A stretch of 64,000 bases of DNA from the NCBI GenBank assembly GCA_963744915.1, contig CAVUUY010000011.1:46197-110196 (forward strand), given 5' to 3'. Each line of letters begins with the position of its first letter. The stretch's first letter is position 1. Below the pieces are notes generated by a model. It did not search any database, was not told the DNA's origin, and saw only the letters and a program-made list of their open reading frames with translations. The position numbers and the translations under genes are program-made. The DNA is from an uncultured Alphaproteobacteria bacterium (GTDB lineage: Bacteria > Pseudomonadota > Alphaproteobacteria > Rhizobiales > Aestuariivirgaceae). Positions 40,415 to 50,865 of this stretch are shown in pieces.

Positions 40415-41311
40415 TCAACTCTTCCGCTCGACGATGAAGCGGGCCGCTTCGGCCAACAGCTTCGCGCGCTCGCCGAAGCGGTCGAGGGCGGCGACTGCTT
40501 CCCCGGTCAGGGCGGCTGCACGGGCCTTGGCGCCGGCAAGCCCGAAATGATCGATGAAGGTCGCCTTGCCGGCCGAGCGGTCCTTCTGGGTCGCCTTGCC
40601 GAGCGCGTCGGGGGTCGATTCGACGTCGAGGACATCATCGGCGATCTGGAAGGCGAGGCCGATCTTGTCGGCGAAGGTGGCGAGCGCGGCGCGGTCGGCG
40701 GCGCCGGCCCTGGCCAGGATGGCGCCGGCTTCGAGCGAGTAGCGGAACAGCGCTCCGGTCTTCATCCCCTGCAGCAGCACGATGTGATCGAGATCGAAGT
40801 CGCTCTGCTGCTCGGCCAGGAGATCGAGCATCTGGCCGCCGACCATGCCGGAATGACCCGCAGCGCCGGCGAGGTTGGCGATGAGGTCGACACGGATGGC
40901 GGCGTCGGGATGGGTCAGCGGATCGGCAAGGATGTCGAAGGCGAGGGTGAGCAGCCCGTCCCCGGCGAGAATGGCAGTGGCCTCGTCGAATGCCTTGTGG
41001 CAGGTCGGCTTGCCGCGCCGCAGGTCGTCATCGTCCATGGCGGGCAGATCGTCATGGACCAGCGAGTAGCAATGGACGCATTCGAGCGCGACCCCGGTGC
41101 GCAGTGCCCCCTCGGCGGGGGCATCCAGAATGCGGGCGCTCTCGGTCACGAAGAACGGCCTGATGCGCTTGCCCTGGCCAATCGCGGCATAGCGCATCGC
41201 CTCGACGATGCGCGGCGCCCGGGCATTGTCGAGCGGCAGCAGCTGGTCGAGCAGCCGGTCGACCTCGGCGGCGGTGCGCTTCAGGGCAGTTTCAAGATTT
41301 ATGCGATTCAC
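40415..41311 (-). CDS. ispA: polyprenyl (farnesyl/geranylgeranyl) diphosphate synthase
   Basis: Both Asp-rich motifs are present (LVHDDLPAMDDDDLRRGKPT and FQIADDVLD). The probable GTG start at 41311 is preceded by GGGAAAAGA. The ORF-track start is 41386. Confidence 0.85.
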   Translation of the reverse strand: MNRINLETALKRTAAEVDRLLDQLLPLDNARAPRIVEAMRYAAIGQGKRIRPFFVTESARILDAPAEGALRTGVALECVHCYSLVHDDLPAMDDDDLRRGKPTCHKAFDEATAILAGDGLLTLAFDILADPLTHPDAAIRVDLIANLAGAAGHSGMVGGQMLDLLAEQQSDFDLDHIVLLQGMKTGALFRYSLEAGAILARAGAADRAALATFADKIGLAFQIADDVLDVESTPDALGKATQKDRSAGKATFIDHFGLAGAKARAAALTGEAVAALDRFGERAKLLAEAARFIVERKS

Positions 41312-41386
41312 TCTTTTCCCGAAAGATAGGCGCGAAGCGCGGGGCAGCACGCTTGCGCGTGCCCGCCCGTGTCTTAAGGTCGGCAC

Positions 41387-42166
41387 ATGGCAAACTCAAC
41401 AGAATTGCCGAACGGGGCGTCCGGCGTCGAATTTGCGGTTGATCGGGAGCCTAAGCCCCTGGAAACCTGGGGGAAACGCGCCCTGATTGCAATCGGCGCC
41501 GTCTTTGCCATCCCCTATTTGCTGACCATCGTCTATTGGTTCGTGCCGCCACCGGTCTCGGCCACCATGCTGTGGAATGCATTGGCCGGCGACAAGATCG
41601 ACTATGCCTGGCGGCCGCTCGATCAGATCTCGCCGCGGCTGGTGAGGGCCGTGGTGACTTCCGAGGATGCCCGGGTTTGCCTGCATCACGGGGTCGACTG
41701 GGACGTGCTGAGCGACCTCTTCGCGGAGGTGACCAACGGCGAAGCGGCGAGCGTTAGGGGCGGCTCGACGATCACCATGCAGGTGGCCAAGAACCTGTTC
41801 CTGTGGCCGTACCGGTCCTACCTGCGCAAGGCGCTGGAGATCCCGCTCGCCTATTGGATCGACTTCCTGTGGAGCAAGCGGCGGGTGGTCGAGGTCTATC
41901 TGAATGTGGCAGAATGGGGGCCGGGGATCTATGGGGCGGAGGCTGCGGCGCAGCACCATTTCCGCAAATCGGCGCGGGATCTGTCGACGCGGGAGGCGGT
42001 GCTCCTGGCGGCGGCGCTGCCCAATCCGATCATGCGCCGGGCGGGGCGGCCGGGCAACCAGCTCGAGCGCATGGCGGGGCGGCTCAAGCGCCGGATCCCT
42101 GGCTCGATCGCCTATCTCGACTGCCTGGACCGGGATGGCGCAACGAAAATCTCTGGCCAGAACTGA
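41387..42166 (+). CDS. mtgA: monofunctional biosynthetic peptidoglycan transglycosylase
   Basis: 259 aa with an N-terminal TM helix and the GT51 motifs SEDARVCLHHGVDW, GGSTITMQVAKNLFL and RKALEIPLA. Confidence 0.9.
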   Translation: MANSTELPNGASGVEFAVDREPKPLETWGKRALIAIGAVFAIPYLLTIVYWFVPPPVSATMLWNALAGDKIDYAWRPLDQISPRLVRAVVTSEDARVCLHHGVDWDVLSDLFAEVTNGEAASVRGGSTITMQVAKNLFLWPYRSYLRKALEIPLAYWIDFLWSKRRVVEVYLNVAEWGPGIYGAEAAAQHHFRKSARDLSTREAVLLAAALPNPIMRRAGRPGNQLERMAGRLKRRIPGSIAYLDCLDRDGATKISGQN

Positions 42167-42235
42167 TGTCGCCCTGTATAAGCCGCCGCGACTTTCGAGC
42201 CGCCGGCGGCGGGCTCATGCGTTGGAGATTGACCG

Positions 42236-42421
42236 ATGGCTGTTCCCAAGAAAAAAACCTCGCCGTCCAAGCGCGGGATGCGGCGTTCCGGCCATAAGAT
42301 GGCCAAGCCGACCTATGTCGAGAACAAGCAGACGGGCGAGCTGCACCGGCCGCACCACATCGACCTGAAGACCGGGATGTATCGCGGCCGCAAGGTGCTG
42401 GAGCCGAAGAGCGAGTTCTGA
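42236..42421 (+). CDS. rpmF: 50S ribosomal protein L32
   Basis: [18 protein letters not shown]..., 61 aa. Confidence 0.95.
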   Translation: MAVPKKKTSPSKRGMRRSGHKMAKPTYVENKQTGELHRPHHIDLKTGMYRGRKVLEPKSEF

Positions 42422-42429
42422 GCCATCGC

Positions 42430-42831
42430 ATGCAGTTCGCGGCCGCCTTCCCGTTTCTGATCGTCGTCATCCTCATCTACAATCTCATCGTCTTCCTGTC
42501 GGCGACGGCGCTCGGCGACACGGTGCTGTCGGTGCCGATGATGTCGGGGGCGGTCCTCGGCGTCACCATCGGCGATTTGGTGGTCCTGCTCGGGCTTGTC
42601 GTGCTGTTCATCGAGGTGCTGAAATCGGCGCGCGCGGCCGCCTCGACGATTCTCGATCACATGCTGTCGACCGCGGTGTTCATCGTGGCCCTGGTCGAGT
42701 TCCTGATCGTCCGCCAGGCGGGGACGGCGGTGTTCCTCATCATCACCACGATCTGCCTGATCGATGTGGTGGCGGGCTATACGGTGTCGATCCGATCGGC
42801 GCGGCGCGACATCGCCTTCGACAATGGCTGA
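42430..42831 (+). CDS. hypothetical integral membrane protein
   Basis: 133 aa with four hydrophobic segments. It starts 9 nt after rpmF. No family was recognised. Confidence 0.55.
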   Translation: MQFAAAFPFLIVVILIYNLIVFLSATALGDTVLSVPMMSGAVLGVTIGDLVVLLGLVVLFIEVLKSARAAASTILDHMLSTAVFIVALVEFLIVRQAGTAVFLIITTICLIDVVAGYTVSIRSARRDIAFDNG

Positions 42832-42834
42832 GCC

Positions 42835-45163
42835 TCAGCTGCAGGTCGAATGGCCGCAGGCGAGACAGGTGGCGCAGCCTTCCTGAAAGGCCAGCGCCGC
42901 CTCGCCGCATTTCGGACATTGCGCAACCCGTGCTGCCGCCAAGGCGCGGCTCAGTGGCGGCGCCGGCTGATTGTCGGTCGTATCGCGCGCGTCGCCATCC
43001 TTGCGGATGAAGCCCTGATCGACGAGATGCCGCTCGATGATCCCGCCGATCGCCGCCAGCAGGCTTGGTACGTAGCGGCCGTCGAGCCACTGGCCGCCGC
43101 GCGGATCGAACACCGCCTTGAGCTCCTCGACGACGAAGGCAATGTCGCCGCCGCGGCGGAAAACCGCCGAGATCATGCGGGTCAGAGCCACCGTCCAGGC
43201 ATAATGTTCCATATTTTTGGAATTGATGAAAATTTCGAACGGCCGGCGCCGCCCCAGTTCCTCGATGTCGTTGATGGTGATGTAGATGGCATGGTCCGAG
43301 TTCGGGCCATTTGAGCTTGTAGGTGAAGCCGGGCAGAACCGGGCTCCTGGCAAGCGGCTGGCGCATCCACACGACGCCGCTATCGCCCTGATCGGCACCG
43401 GCAGCATCGGCATCGGCGCCGGCGGGGATGGGAGCGGTGATGGCGCTCCCGCCAGTCGTCAGGACGGCGCCGGTGACGGCATTGGGGCGGTAGGTGGTGC
43501 ACCCCTTGAGGCCGAGATCATAGGCCTCCTCATAGATTTGCCGGAACGCCTCGAAGCTGATGTCCGCCGGGCAGTTGATGGTCTTGGAGATCGATGAATC
43601 GATATGCCGCTGCAGCGCCGCCTGCATCCGCAAATGCTCGGCCGGGGTGAGGTCGGCGGCGGTGACGAAGGCAGGCGGCAGGGTCGCATCGGGACCGTGC
43701 AGCGTGCGGAAAGCCCTGACCGCATAGTCCTCGACGGTCTCCTGCCGATGGCTGCCATCCGCCTCCAGGAGCTTGCGCTCGTAGCGCAGGGCGAAGATCG
43801 GCTCGACGCCGCTCGACACATTGCCGGCGAAGAGCGAGATGGTGCCGGTTGGGGCCACGGTGGTGAGGAGCGCATTGCGGATGCCGTCGCGGCGAATGGC
43901 GGCGCGCAGCTCGGCGGGCAGGGTCCGGACATGGCCGGAAGCGAGATAGCGCTCGGCATCGAACAGCGGGAAGGGGCCTTTCTCGCGGGCAAGCTCGACG
44001 CTGGCCCGATAGGCCGCTGCCTCGATCGCCGCCATCCAGGACGAGGCCTGCTGCGCTGCCGCGGGGCTGCCATAATGCAGGCCGCACATGGCGAGCGCAT
44101 CGGCAAGGCCGGTGATGCCGAGGCCGACGCGGCGCTTGCTGCGGGCCTCCTCGGCCTGGCGCGGCAGCGGATAGGCTGATACGTCGATGACATTGTCGAG
44201 CAGGCGGACGGCGGTGGCGGCGGTGGCCGCGAGCTGAGCGGTGTCGAGCCCGGCCTCGGCGGTGAAGGGCCGCTCGACGAAGCGGGCGAGATTGACCGAG
44301 CCGAGAAGGCAGGCGCCATAGGGCGGCAGCGGCTGCTCGCCGCAGGGATTGGTGGCCTGGATGGTCTCGCAATAGCCGAGGTTGTTCGCGGCATTGATGC
44401 GGTCGATGAAAATCACCCCGGGCTCGGCGACCTCATAGGTCGCCCGCATGATCTGGTCCCACAATTGGCGGGCGCGGACGGTGCGGTAGACCGTTCCGGC
44501 GAAAACCAGGGGCCAATCGCCATCGTTCTTGACGGCGGTCATGAACGCGTCGCTCGCGAGCACCGAAAGGTTGAACATGCGCAGCCGCTTCGGATCGCGC
44601 TTGGCGGCTATGAAAGCCTCGATGTCGGGATGGTCGCAGCTGAGCGTCCCCATCATGGCGCCGCGGCGCGACCCGGCCGACATGATGGTGCGGCACATGG
44701 AATCCCAGACGTCCATGAAGCTCAAGGGACCGGAGGCATCGGCGCCGACGCCCCGGACCGGGGCGCCCTTGGGCCTGAGGGTGGAGAAGTCGTGGCCGAT
44801 GCCGCCGCCCTGCTGCATGGTGAGGGCGGCTTCCTTGAGCCCCTCGAAGATCCCGTCCATGGAATCGGGGATGGCGCCCATGACGAAGCAGTTGAACAGG
44901 GTGACGCGACGGCCGGTGCCGGCGCCGGCCAGGATGCGTCCGGCGGGGAGGAATCGGTGATCCTCCATGACCTTCAGGAACGCCTCCTCCCAATGGGCGC
45001 GCCGGGCCGGCGCCTCGACCGCGGCCAAGGCCTGCGCCACGCGTTGCCAGGTGGCCTCGACGGATTGCTCGAGCGGCGCCCCGCCATCGGATTTGAGACG
45101 GTATTTCAGGTCCCAGATGGCGCGCGAGATCGGGTCGGCGGCGTTGGCGGGAAGGGATGTCAT
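42835..45163 (-). pseudogene. nrdJ: vitamin B12-dependent (class II) ribonucleotide reductase, interrupted by a 1-nt insertion at about 43301-43302 (probably an assembly artefact)
   Basis: The N-terminal ~620 aa (806-aa ORF) carry class II RNR motifs (FLPAGRIL, NPCGEQPLPPYGACLLGS, ISKTINCP). The conserved C-terminus (SDHAIYITINDIEE...FEIFINSKNMEHYAWTVALTRMISAVFRRGGD...CPKCGE...CLACGHSTCS*) continues in the 192-aa ORF 42835-43413. Total length is 2329 nt (1 mod 3). Confidence 0.8.
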
Positions 45164-45219
45164 CGGATCGCGATGCCTGTCGGGTGTTCTCTTTTTGTAC
45201 TCTAGCGGATCGGCAGCTC

Positions 45220-46377
45220 TTATTCAACTGCCGCAAGGTCAGACTGGCGCGCGCGGGCGCGCAGCCGCTCGGACGCCGATTTGAGCTGGCCGCAGGCAGC
45301 GAGGATGTCGCGACCGCGCGGCGTGCGCACCGGACTTGCATAGCCGGCACGGTTGAGGACGGCGGCGAAGCGCTCGATGGTCTCGCCGTCGGAACATTCA
45401 TAGGCGGAGCCCGGCCAGGGATTGAACGGGATGAGGTTGACCTTGGCCGGTATGCCCCGCAGCAGCTTAACCAGGCCGCGGGCGTCCTCCAGCCCATCAT
45501 TTACGCCCTTAAGCATGACATATTCGAATGTGATGCGGCGGGCGTTGGAAAGGCCGGGATATGCCCGGCACGCGGCAAGCAGCTCGGCGATCGGATATTT
45601 GCGGTTGAGCGGCACCAGCCGGTCGCGCACCGCATCGTTCGTGGCGTGCAGCGAGATGGCGAGCATCGAGCCGATCTCGTGGCCGGCCCGCACGATCTCG
45701 GGCACGACGCCCGACGTCGAAAGCGTGATGCGCCGCTTCGAGATGGCGAGGCCCTCGCCATCGGCAATGATCGCGATGGCATCGCGCACCGCCTCGAAAT
45801 TATAGAGCGGCTCCCCCATTCCCATCAGCACGACATTGGTGATGGCGCGCTGGTCGGGGTCCGCCTGTTTGAGCGGCAGGCCGGGCCATTCGCCCAGGCG
45901 GTCGCGGGCGACCAGCACCTGGCCGACGATCTCGCCGGGGGTGAGATTGCGGACCAGCTTCTGGGTGCCGGTGTGGCAGAAGCTGCAGGTCAGGGTGCAG
46001 CCGACCTGGCTCGATATGCACAGCGTGCCGCGGTCCTCTTCGGGGATGTAGACGGTCTCGATCTCTTGGCGCTGGCCATGCGCATCGGGCCCGAGCCTGA
46101 GCAGCCATTTGCGCGTGCCGTCGCTCGAGACCTGCTCGGCGGCGACTTCCGGGCGCTCGAGGCTGAAGGCCTCGGCCAGGCGGGCCCTGAGCTCCTTGCC
46201 GATGTCGGTCATGCCGGCAAAGGACACCGCGCCGCGGTTGTAGATCCAGTGCCAGAGCTGGGAAGACCGCATCCGGCGCTGCCGTTCGGGAATGCCGGCC
46301 GCGGCCATGGCGTCGGCGAGGGCCGCCCGGGTGAGGCCGACCAGCGCTAGAGGCTCAGCTGCGGAAGCTTCGATCAT
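45220..46377 (-). CDS. rlmN: 23S rRNA (adenine2503-C2)-methyltransferase, radical SAM
   Basis: 385 aa with [16 protein letters not shown] (CxxxCxxC), MGMGEPL and [11 protein letters not shown]. Confidence 0.9.
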   Translation of the reverse strand: MIEASAAEPLALVGLTRAALADAMAAAGIPERQRRMRSSQLWHWIYNRGAVSFAGMTDIGKELRARLAEAFSLERPEVAAEQVSSDGTRKWLLRLGPDAHGQRQEIETVYIPEEDRGTLCISSQVGCTLTCSFCHTGTQKLVRNLTPGEIVGQVLVARDRLGEWPGLPLKQADPDQRAITNVVLMGMGEPLYNFEAVRDAIAIIADGEGLAISKRRITLSTSGVVPEIVRAGHEIGSMLAISLHATNDAVRDRLVPLNRKYPIAELLAACRAYPGLSNARRITFEYVMLKGVNDGLEDARGLVKLLRGIPAKVNLIPFNPWPGSAYECSDGETIERFAAVLNRAGYASPVRTPRGRDILAACGQLKSASERLRARARQSDLAAVE

Positions 46378-46458
46378 GGGGCACCGGAAGTGAGGCGCAT
46401 CGCCTCGGAAACAGTGCCTTAGATAGTCGAAAAACCCGGAAATGCGAGCCTTTTTTAT

Positions 46459-46986
46459 CTATTTGCAGTGTTGGTCGATCTTCTCCATGGCCTGCTTCAC
46501 GCCGGACAGCGAGTAGCTGTCGACGGTGGAGGTGCCGCGCCACGAGGTGCCCTTCACCTCCATCTTCTTGCCCTTCTTCATGGCGTCGACGATGGTCGTA
46601 TCCTTCGAATCCGACCACGCGCCGTCGCCCTTGGTGAACAGGTTGAAGTCGTCGCCGTCGATGGTCAGCGTGGCCGTCGACTCCTTCTTGAAGGCATAGC
46701 CGATGATGGTGTTGACCTCGTTGCGGACATTGTCGCCGGGGCGGTGGGTGACGAGGAAGAACACGGGGTCGCGCTTGGCCCCTTCCGGCTCGGATTTCTT
46801 GGGCTGCGAGACGATGTAGCAGACCTGGCCGGTCGGGGTTTTGTAGCTGTAGGCCGCCCAATCGCTGAACTCGCCGACGAGCGACGGCTTGGGCTGAGCC
46901 TTGTCGGCGGTCTGCGCTGCGGCGACCGACACGACCGAAACCAGACCGAACAACCCCAATCCGAGCCAGCTGATGACGCCGCGCAT
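46459..46986 (-). CDS. invasion-associated locus B (IalB) family protein
   Basis: 175 aa with a signal peptide. WAAYSYKTPTGQVCYIVS and the C-terminal CK match the IalB family pattern. Confidence 0.75.
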   Translation of the reverse strand: MRGVISWLGLGLFGLVSVVSVAAAQTADKAQPKPSLVGEFSDWAAYSYKTPTGQVCYIVSQPKKSEPEGAKRDPVFFLVTHRPGDNVRNEVNTIIGYAFKKESTATLTIDGDDFNLFTKGDGAWSDSKDTTIVDAMKKGKKMEVKGTSWRGTSTVDSYSLSGVKQAMEKIDQHCK

Positions 46987-47133
46987 GCCCCTCGACTCCT
47001 GTTGAATCGTGCGGCCACCCCCCGCACCACCGTTAAGCTATGGGCAATTCTGACGAGAATTGGGCAAGGGATATCGTGCGCCGCAAGAAAGCTCTATCCA
47101 AGGCGGCTCTAAGACAGTTCAGGGGATCGTTTC

Positions 47134-48111
47134 ATGAAGGCTGTGCTATGCAGGGCACTCGGACCGGCGGCCAATCTGGTGGTGGAGGATCTGCCCTCGC
47201 CCGAGCCCGGACCCGGCGAGGCTGTGGTCACGGTGAGGGCGGCCGGCCTCAATTTCTTCGATACGCTGATCATCGAAGGGAAATACCAGTTCAAGCCCGA
47301 TCCGCCTTTCTCGCCGGCCGCCGAATTCGCCGGCACGGTCAAGGCCGTCGGACCGGCGGTGGTCGCAATCCGGCCGGGGGACCGGGTCATGGGCTATTGC
47401 GGCTGGGGGGCGGCGCGCGAGGAGATCGCGGTCGCGGCAGGCGCGCTTGCCCCGATTCCGCCTTCGATCTCCTTCGAGGAGGCGGCCGGGCTCATCGTCA
47501 CCTACGGCACGACCTACCATGCGCTCCACGACCGGGCGCGGCTTCGCCCGGGGGAGACGCTGGCGGTGCTTGGGGCCTCGGGAGGGGTCGGCCAGGCGGC
47601 AATCGAGCTCGGCAAGGCGATGGGGGCGCGGGTCATCGCCTGTGCCTCCTCCGAGGACAAGCTCGCCCTCTGCCGCTCGCTCGGGGCGGATGCCGTTGTC
47701 AATTATTCGACAGCATCGCTGCGCGACTCCCTGAAGGAGCTGACGGAAGGCCGGGGCGTGGACGTGGTCTATGATCCGGTCGGGGGAACCCTCTCGGAGG
47801 CGGCGCTGCGGGCCACCGCCTGGGAGGGGCGGTTCCTGGTGATCGGCTTCGCCTCGGGCACCATTCCGAAAATCCCGCTCAACCTGGTGTTGCTGAAAGG
47901 CTGCGAGCTCGTCGGCGTGTTCTGGGGCGACCATGTGGCGCGCGAGCCCCACAAGCACCGCGCCAACATGGCGCAACTCGCCGAAATGTGCAGCACCGGG
48001 CGGATCAGGCCGCGCATCGACCGGGTGTTCCCGCTCGAGCAGACGGCGGCGGCGCTCGGAGTGCTGTCCCGCCGGGAGGCGCAGGGCAAGGTGATCCTGG
48101 TCCCGGGCTAG
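47134..48111 (+). CDS. NADPH:quinone oxidoreductase (MDR/zeta-crystallin family)
   Basis: 325 aa with MKAVLC..., AAGLNFFD, VLGASGGVGQAAIELGKAMGARV and GKVILV. Confidence 0.85.
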   Translation: MKAVLCRALGPAANLVVEDLPSPEPGPGEAVVTVRAAGLNFFDTLIIEGKYQFKPDPPFSPAAEFAGTVKAVGPAVVAIRPGDRVMGYCGWGAAREEIAVAAGALAPIPPSISFEEAAGLIVTYGTTYHALHDRARLRPGETLAVLGASGGVGQAAIELGKAMGARVIACASSEDKLALCRSLGADAVVNYSTASLRDSLKELTEGRGVDVVYDPVGGTLSEAALRATAWEGRFLVIGFASGTIPKIPLNLVLLKGCELVGVFWGDHVAREPHKHRANMAQLAEMCSTGRIRPRIDRVFPLEQTAAALGVLSRREAQGKVILVPG

Positions 48112-48131
48112 CCCGCCGAGACGAGCACTGT

Positions 48132-48169
48132 CCTATTGCCTATTGCCCATTGCCTATTGCCTGTTGCCC
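48132..48169. repeat. degenerate heptamer array (CCYRTTG)5
   Basis: cctattg cctattg cccattg cctattg cctgttg ccc starts 21 nt after the qor-like stop and about 170 nt upstream of ffh. Confidence 0.85.
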
Positions 48170-48337
48170 GCACATGGCCTAGAAGGCCGGCACATTCCGG
48201 AAGACGCTTGAAGCCTCTTCTTGCCCCGCTCACATGGTGCTTGCGCACGCACCGGGAGGCGCGGGGTCCGACACCCGCCAGCGATGTTCGCCCGCGGGTG
48301 CAATGGCGTTTGAGGCGTCCGAAAGAGACGAGGACAG

Positions 48338-49918
48338 ATGTTCGAGACACTGCAGGAACGGCTTTCCGGAATTTTCGACCGGCTCACCGGGCGCGGATCG
48401 CTGTCGGAAGCCGATGTCGATGCGGCAATGCGGGAGGTGCGGCGGGCCCTGATCGAGGCCGATGTCGCGCTCGAGGTGGTGCGTTCCTTCACCGAGCAGG
48501 TGCGCCAGCGCGCGATCGGCCAGGAGGTCGTCCGGTCGATCAAGCCGGGCCAGATGGTGATCAAGATCGTGCACGACGCCCTCGTCGACACGCTTGGACG
48601 CGATGCCGTGCCGCTCGATCTCAAGGCGGCGGCGCCGGTGCCGGTGCTGATGGTCGGCCTGCAGGGCTCGGGCAAGACCACGACCACCGCGAAGATCGCC
48701 AAGCGGCTCAAGGAGCGTGAGCGCAAGCGGGTGTTGATGGCCTCCCTCGACACCGCGCGGCCGGCCGCCCAGGAGCAGCTAGCGATCCTCGGACGCCAGA
48801 TCGGGGTGGACACCCTGGCGATCGTCAAGGGCGAGAAGGCGCTGGACATCACCCGGCGGGCCCTGGACGAGGCGCGGCGCGGCGGCTTCGACGTGCTGAT
48901 GCTCGATACCGCCGGGCGGCAGCATATCGATGAGACGCTGATGAACGAGGTGGTTGCGGTCCGCGACATCGCAAAGCCGCACGAGACGCTGCTCGTCGCC
49001 AATTCGCTGACCGGCCAGGACGCCGTCAATCTCGCCCGCAGCTTCGATCAGCGGGTCGGGGTCAGCGGCATCGTGCTCACCCGCGTCGATGGCGATGGCC
49101 GCGGCGGTGCGGCGCTGGCGATGCGGGCGGTGACGGGCAAGCCGATCAAGCTCATCGGCACCGGCGAGCGGCTGGACGGGCTCGAGGACTTCCACCCCGA
49201 GCGGATCGCCGGGCGGATTCTCGGCATGGGCGACGTGGTGAGCCTGGTCGAAAAGGCGGCGCTCGAGATCGACGCCGACAAGGCACGAAAGATCGCCGCC
49301 CGCATGAAGAAGGGCGCCTTCGATCTCGACGACCTGGCGGAGCAGCTGAAGCAGCTGCAGAAGCTTGGCGGCATGTCTGGCGTCATGGGCCTGCTGCCCG
49401 GCCTCGGCAAGGCCAGGAAGCAGCTCGACAATATCGATCTCGACAAGCTCGTGCTGGGGCGGCAGCTGGCGATCATCGGCTCGATGACCATGTTCGAGCG
49501 GCACAATCCCAAGGTGCTCAACGCCTCGCGCAAGAAGCGTGTTGCCAAGGGTTCCGGCACCGAGGTGCAGGAGATCAACCGTCTGCTCAAGATGCATCTG
49601 CAGATGGGCGACATGATGAAGCGGATGGGCAAGCAGCGGGGCGGCCTTTTCGGCGGCCTGTTCGGCGGCGGCCAGCCGAGCGTCGACATGGCCGAGCTCG
49701 AGCGGCTGCAGGGCGAGCTCAAGAACCTCGATCCCGCGGCGCTGCCGCCGGAGCTGAGAAACCTGCCGCCGCTCGATGGCGGGTTGCCGAAAACCCTCCC
49801 GGGGCTCGGTGCCGCGGGTGGCGGGCTGCTGCCCGGGCTCGGCGGCCGCCGAGCCCCGCAAGGGCCGGGGCTCGGTGGTCCCAAGGGCCTTCCCGGCTTC
49901 CCCTTCAAGAAGAAATGA
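48338..49918 (+). CDS. ffh: signal recognition particle protein Ffh
   Basis: 526 aa with MFETLQERLSGIFDRL, GLQGSGKTTT, DTAGR and a Met-rich M domain. It has a Gly/Pro/Leu-rich C-terminal tail. Confidence 0.95.
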   Translation: MFETLQERLSGIFDRLTGRGSLSEADVDAAMREVRRALIEADVALEVVRSFTEQVRQRAIGQEVVRSIKPGQMVIKIVHDALVDTLGRDAVPLDLKAAAPVPVLMVGLQGSGKTTTTAKIAKRLKERERKRVLMASLDTARPAAQEQLAILGRQIGVDTLAIVKGEKALDITRRALDEARRGGFDVLMLDTAGRQHIDETLMNEVVAVRDIAKPHETLLVANSLTGQDAVNLARSFDQRVGVSGIVLTRVDGDGRGGAALAMRAVTGKPIKLIGTGERLDGLEDFHPERIAGRILGMGDVVSLVEKAALEIDADKARKIAARMKKGAFDLDDLAEQLKQLQKLGGMSGVMGLLPGLGKARKQLDNIDLDKLVLGRQLAIIGSMTMFERHNPKVLNASRKKRVAKGSGTEVQEINRLLKMHLQMGDMMKRMGKQRGGLFGGLFGGGQPSVDMAELERLQGELKNLDPAALPPELRNLPPLDGGLPKTLPGLGAAGGGLLPGLGGRRAPQGPGLGGPKGLPGFPFKKK

Positions 49919-49946
49919 CCGCAATGCAACTTGAGGAGCATCGTCA

Positions 49947-50318
49947 ATGACCCTGAAAATCCGCTTGGCCCGCGGCGGCGCCAAGAAGCGGCCCTATTAC
50001 CGCATCGTGGTGGCGGACTCGAATGCCCCGCGCGACGGCCGCTTCATCGAGAAGATCGGTGCCTGGAACCCGATACTGCCCAAGGGCTCGCCCGACCGGG
50101 TGACGCTCGATACCGAGCGGGCGAAGCACTGGCTGTCGGTCGGCGCCCAGCCGACCGACCGGGTGGCGCGCTTCCTCGATGCCTCCGGCCTGCGGCCGCG
50201 CGGCGCCCGCAGCAATCCGAGCAAGGCGCTGCCGGGCAAGAAGCGGACCGAGCGCGAGAAGGCCGAGGCGGAGGCGCGCAAGGCCCGCGAGCAGGCGGAG
50301 CCGCAGCCGCCGGCCTGA
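49947..50318 (+). CDS. rpsP: 30S ribosomal protein S16
   Basis: [38 protein letters not shown]... Confidence 0.95.
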   Translation: MTLKIRLARGGAKKRPYYRIVVADSNAPRDGRFIEKIGAWNPILPKGSPDRVTLDTERAKHWLSVGAQPTDRVARFLDASGLRPRGARSNPSKALPGKKRTEREKAEAEARKAREQAEPQPPA

Positions 50319-50337
50319 GGCTTGCGGTGGCCGCGTC

Positions 50338-50865
50338 ATGAGCAATGCGGGCCGCGTCCTTCTCGGCGTGATCACCGGTGCCCACGGCGTGCGCGGCGCG
50401 GTGCGGCTCAAAAGCTTCACCGGCACGCCGGAGGCGATCGCCGCCTATGGTGCGGTCGGCCTCGGCGACACTGGACGGGAGGCGGTGATAAGGACGCTGC
50501 GGCCGGCCGGCGAGGACTTCATTGCGGTGCTCGATGGCGTGACCGACCGCAACGCTGCCGAAGCGCTCAAGGGATGTCACCTGCATGTGGCGCGTGACCG
50601 GCTGCCGGCGCCGGCCGCTGACGAGGTCTATGTCGGCGACATGATCGGGCTTCAAGTCTATCTCAGGGACGGCAGCCTGCTCGGCGAGGTGGCGGCGGTC
50701 ATGGATTTCGGCGCGGGCGACCTGCTCGAGATCAGGAGCGCCGCCCGCCGCCACACCATCATGATCCCGTTCGTCAGTGCGATGGTGCCCGAGGTCGATG
50801 TGGCGAGGCGCCGGATCGTGGTGGACCCGCCCGAGGGGCTGATCGAGGCGCAGGAGCAGCCATGA
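50338..50865 (+). CDS. rimM: ribosome maturation factor RimM
   Basis: ATG at 50338 gives [28 protein letters not shown]. It has a PRC-barrel C-terminus and sits between rpsP and trmD. Confidence 0.9.
   Translation: MSNAGRVLLGVITGAHGVRGAVRLKSFTGTPEAIAAYGAVGLGDTGREAVIRTLRPAGEDFIAVLDGVTDRNAAEALKGCHLHVARDRLPAPAADEVYVGDMIGLQVYLRDGSLLGEVAAVMDFGAGDLLEIRSAARRHTIMIPFVSAMVPEVDVARRRIVVDPPEGLIEAQEQP

Noticed and set aside
42743-43296. C-terminal ~185 residues of the 806-aa nrdJ ORF, and the tail of the 311-aa methyltransferase ORF (36627-37132).
   Set aside because: These are out-of-frame read-through after the CGAACTCG insertions. Both tails are Arg/Pro/Gly-rich nonsense, and the conserved sequence continues in another frame.
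45164-45219. A cobalamin riboswitch or NrdR box upstream of nrdJ.
   Set aside because: Only 56 nt separate the nrdJ start from the rlmN stop, which is far too short for a B12 riboswitch. I could not find a convincing NrdR-box palindrome.
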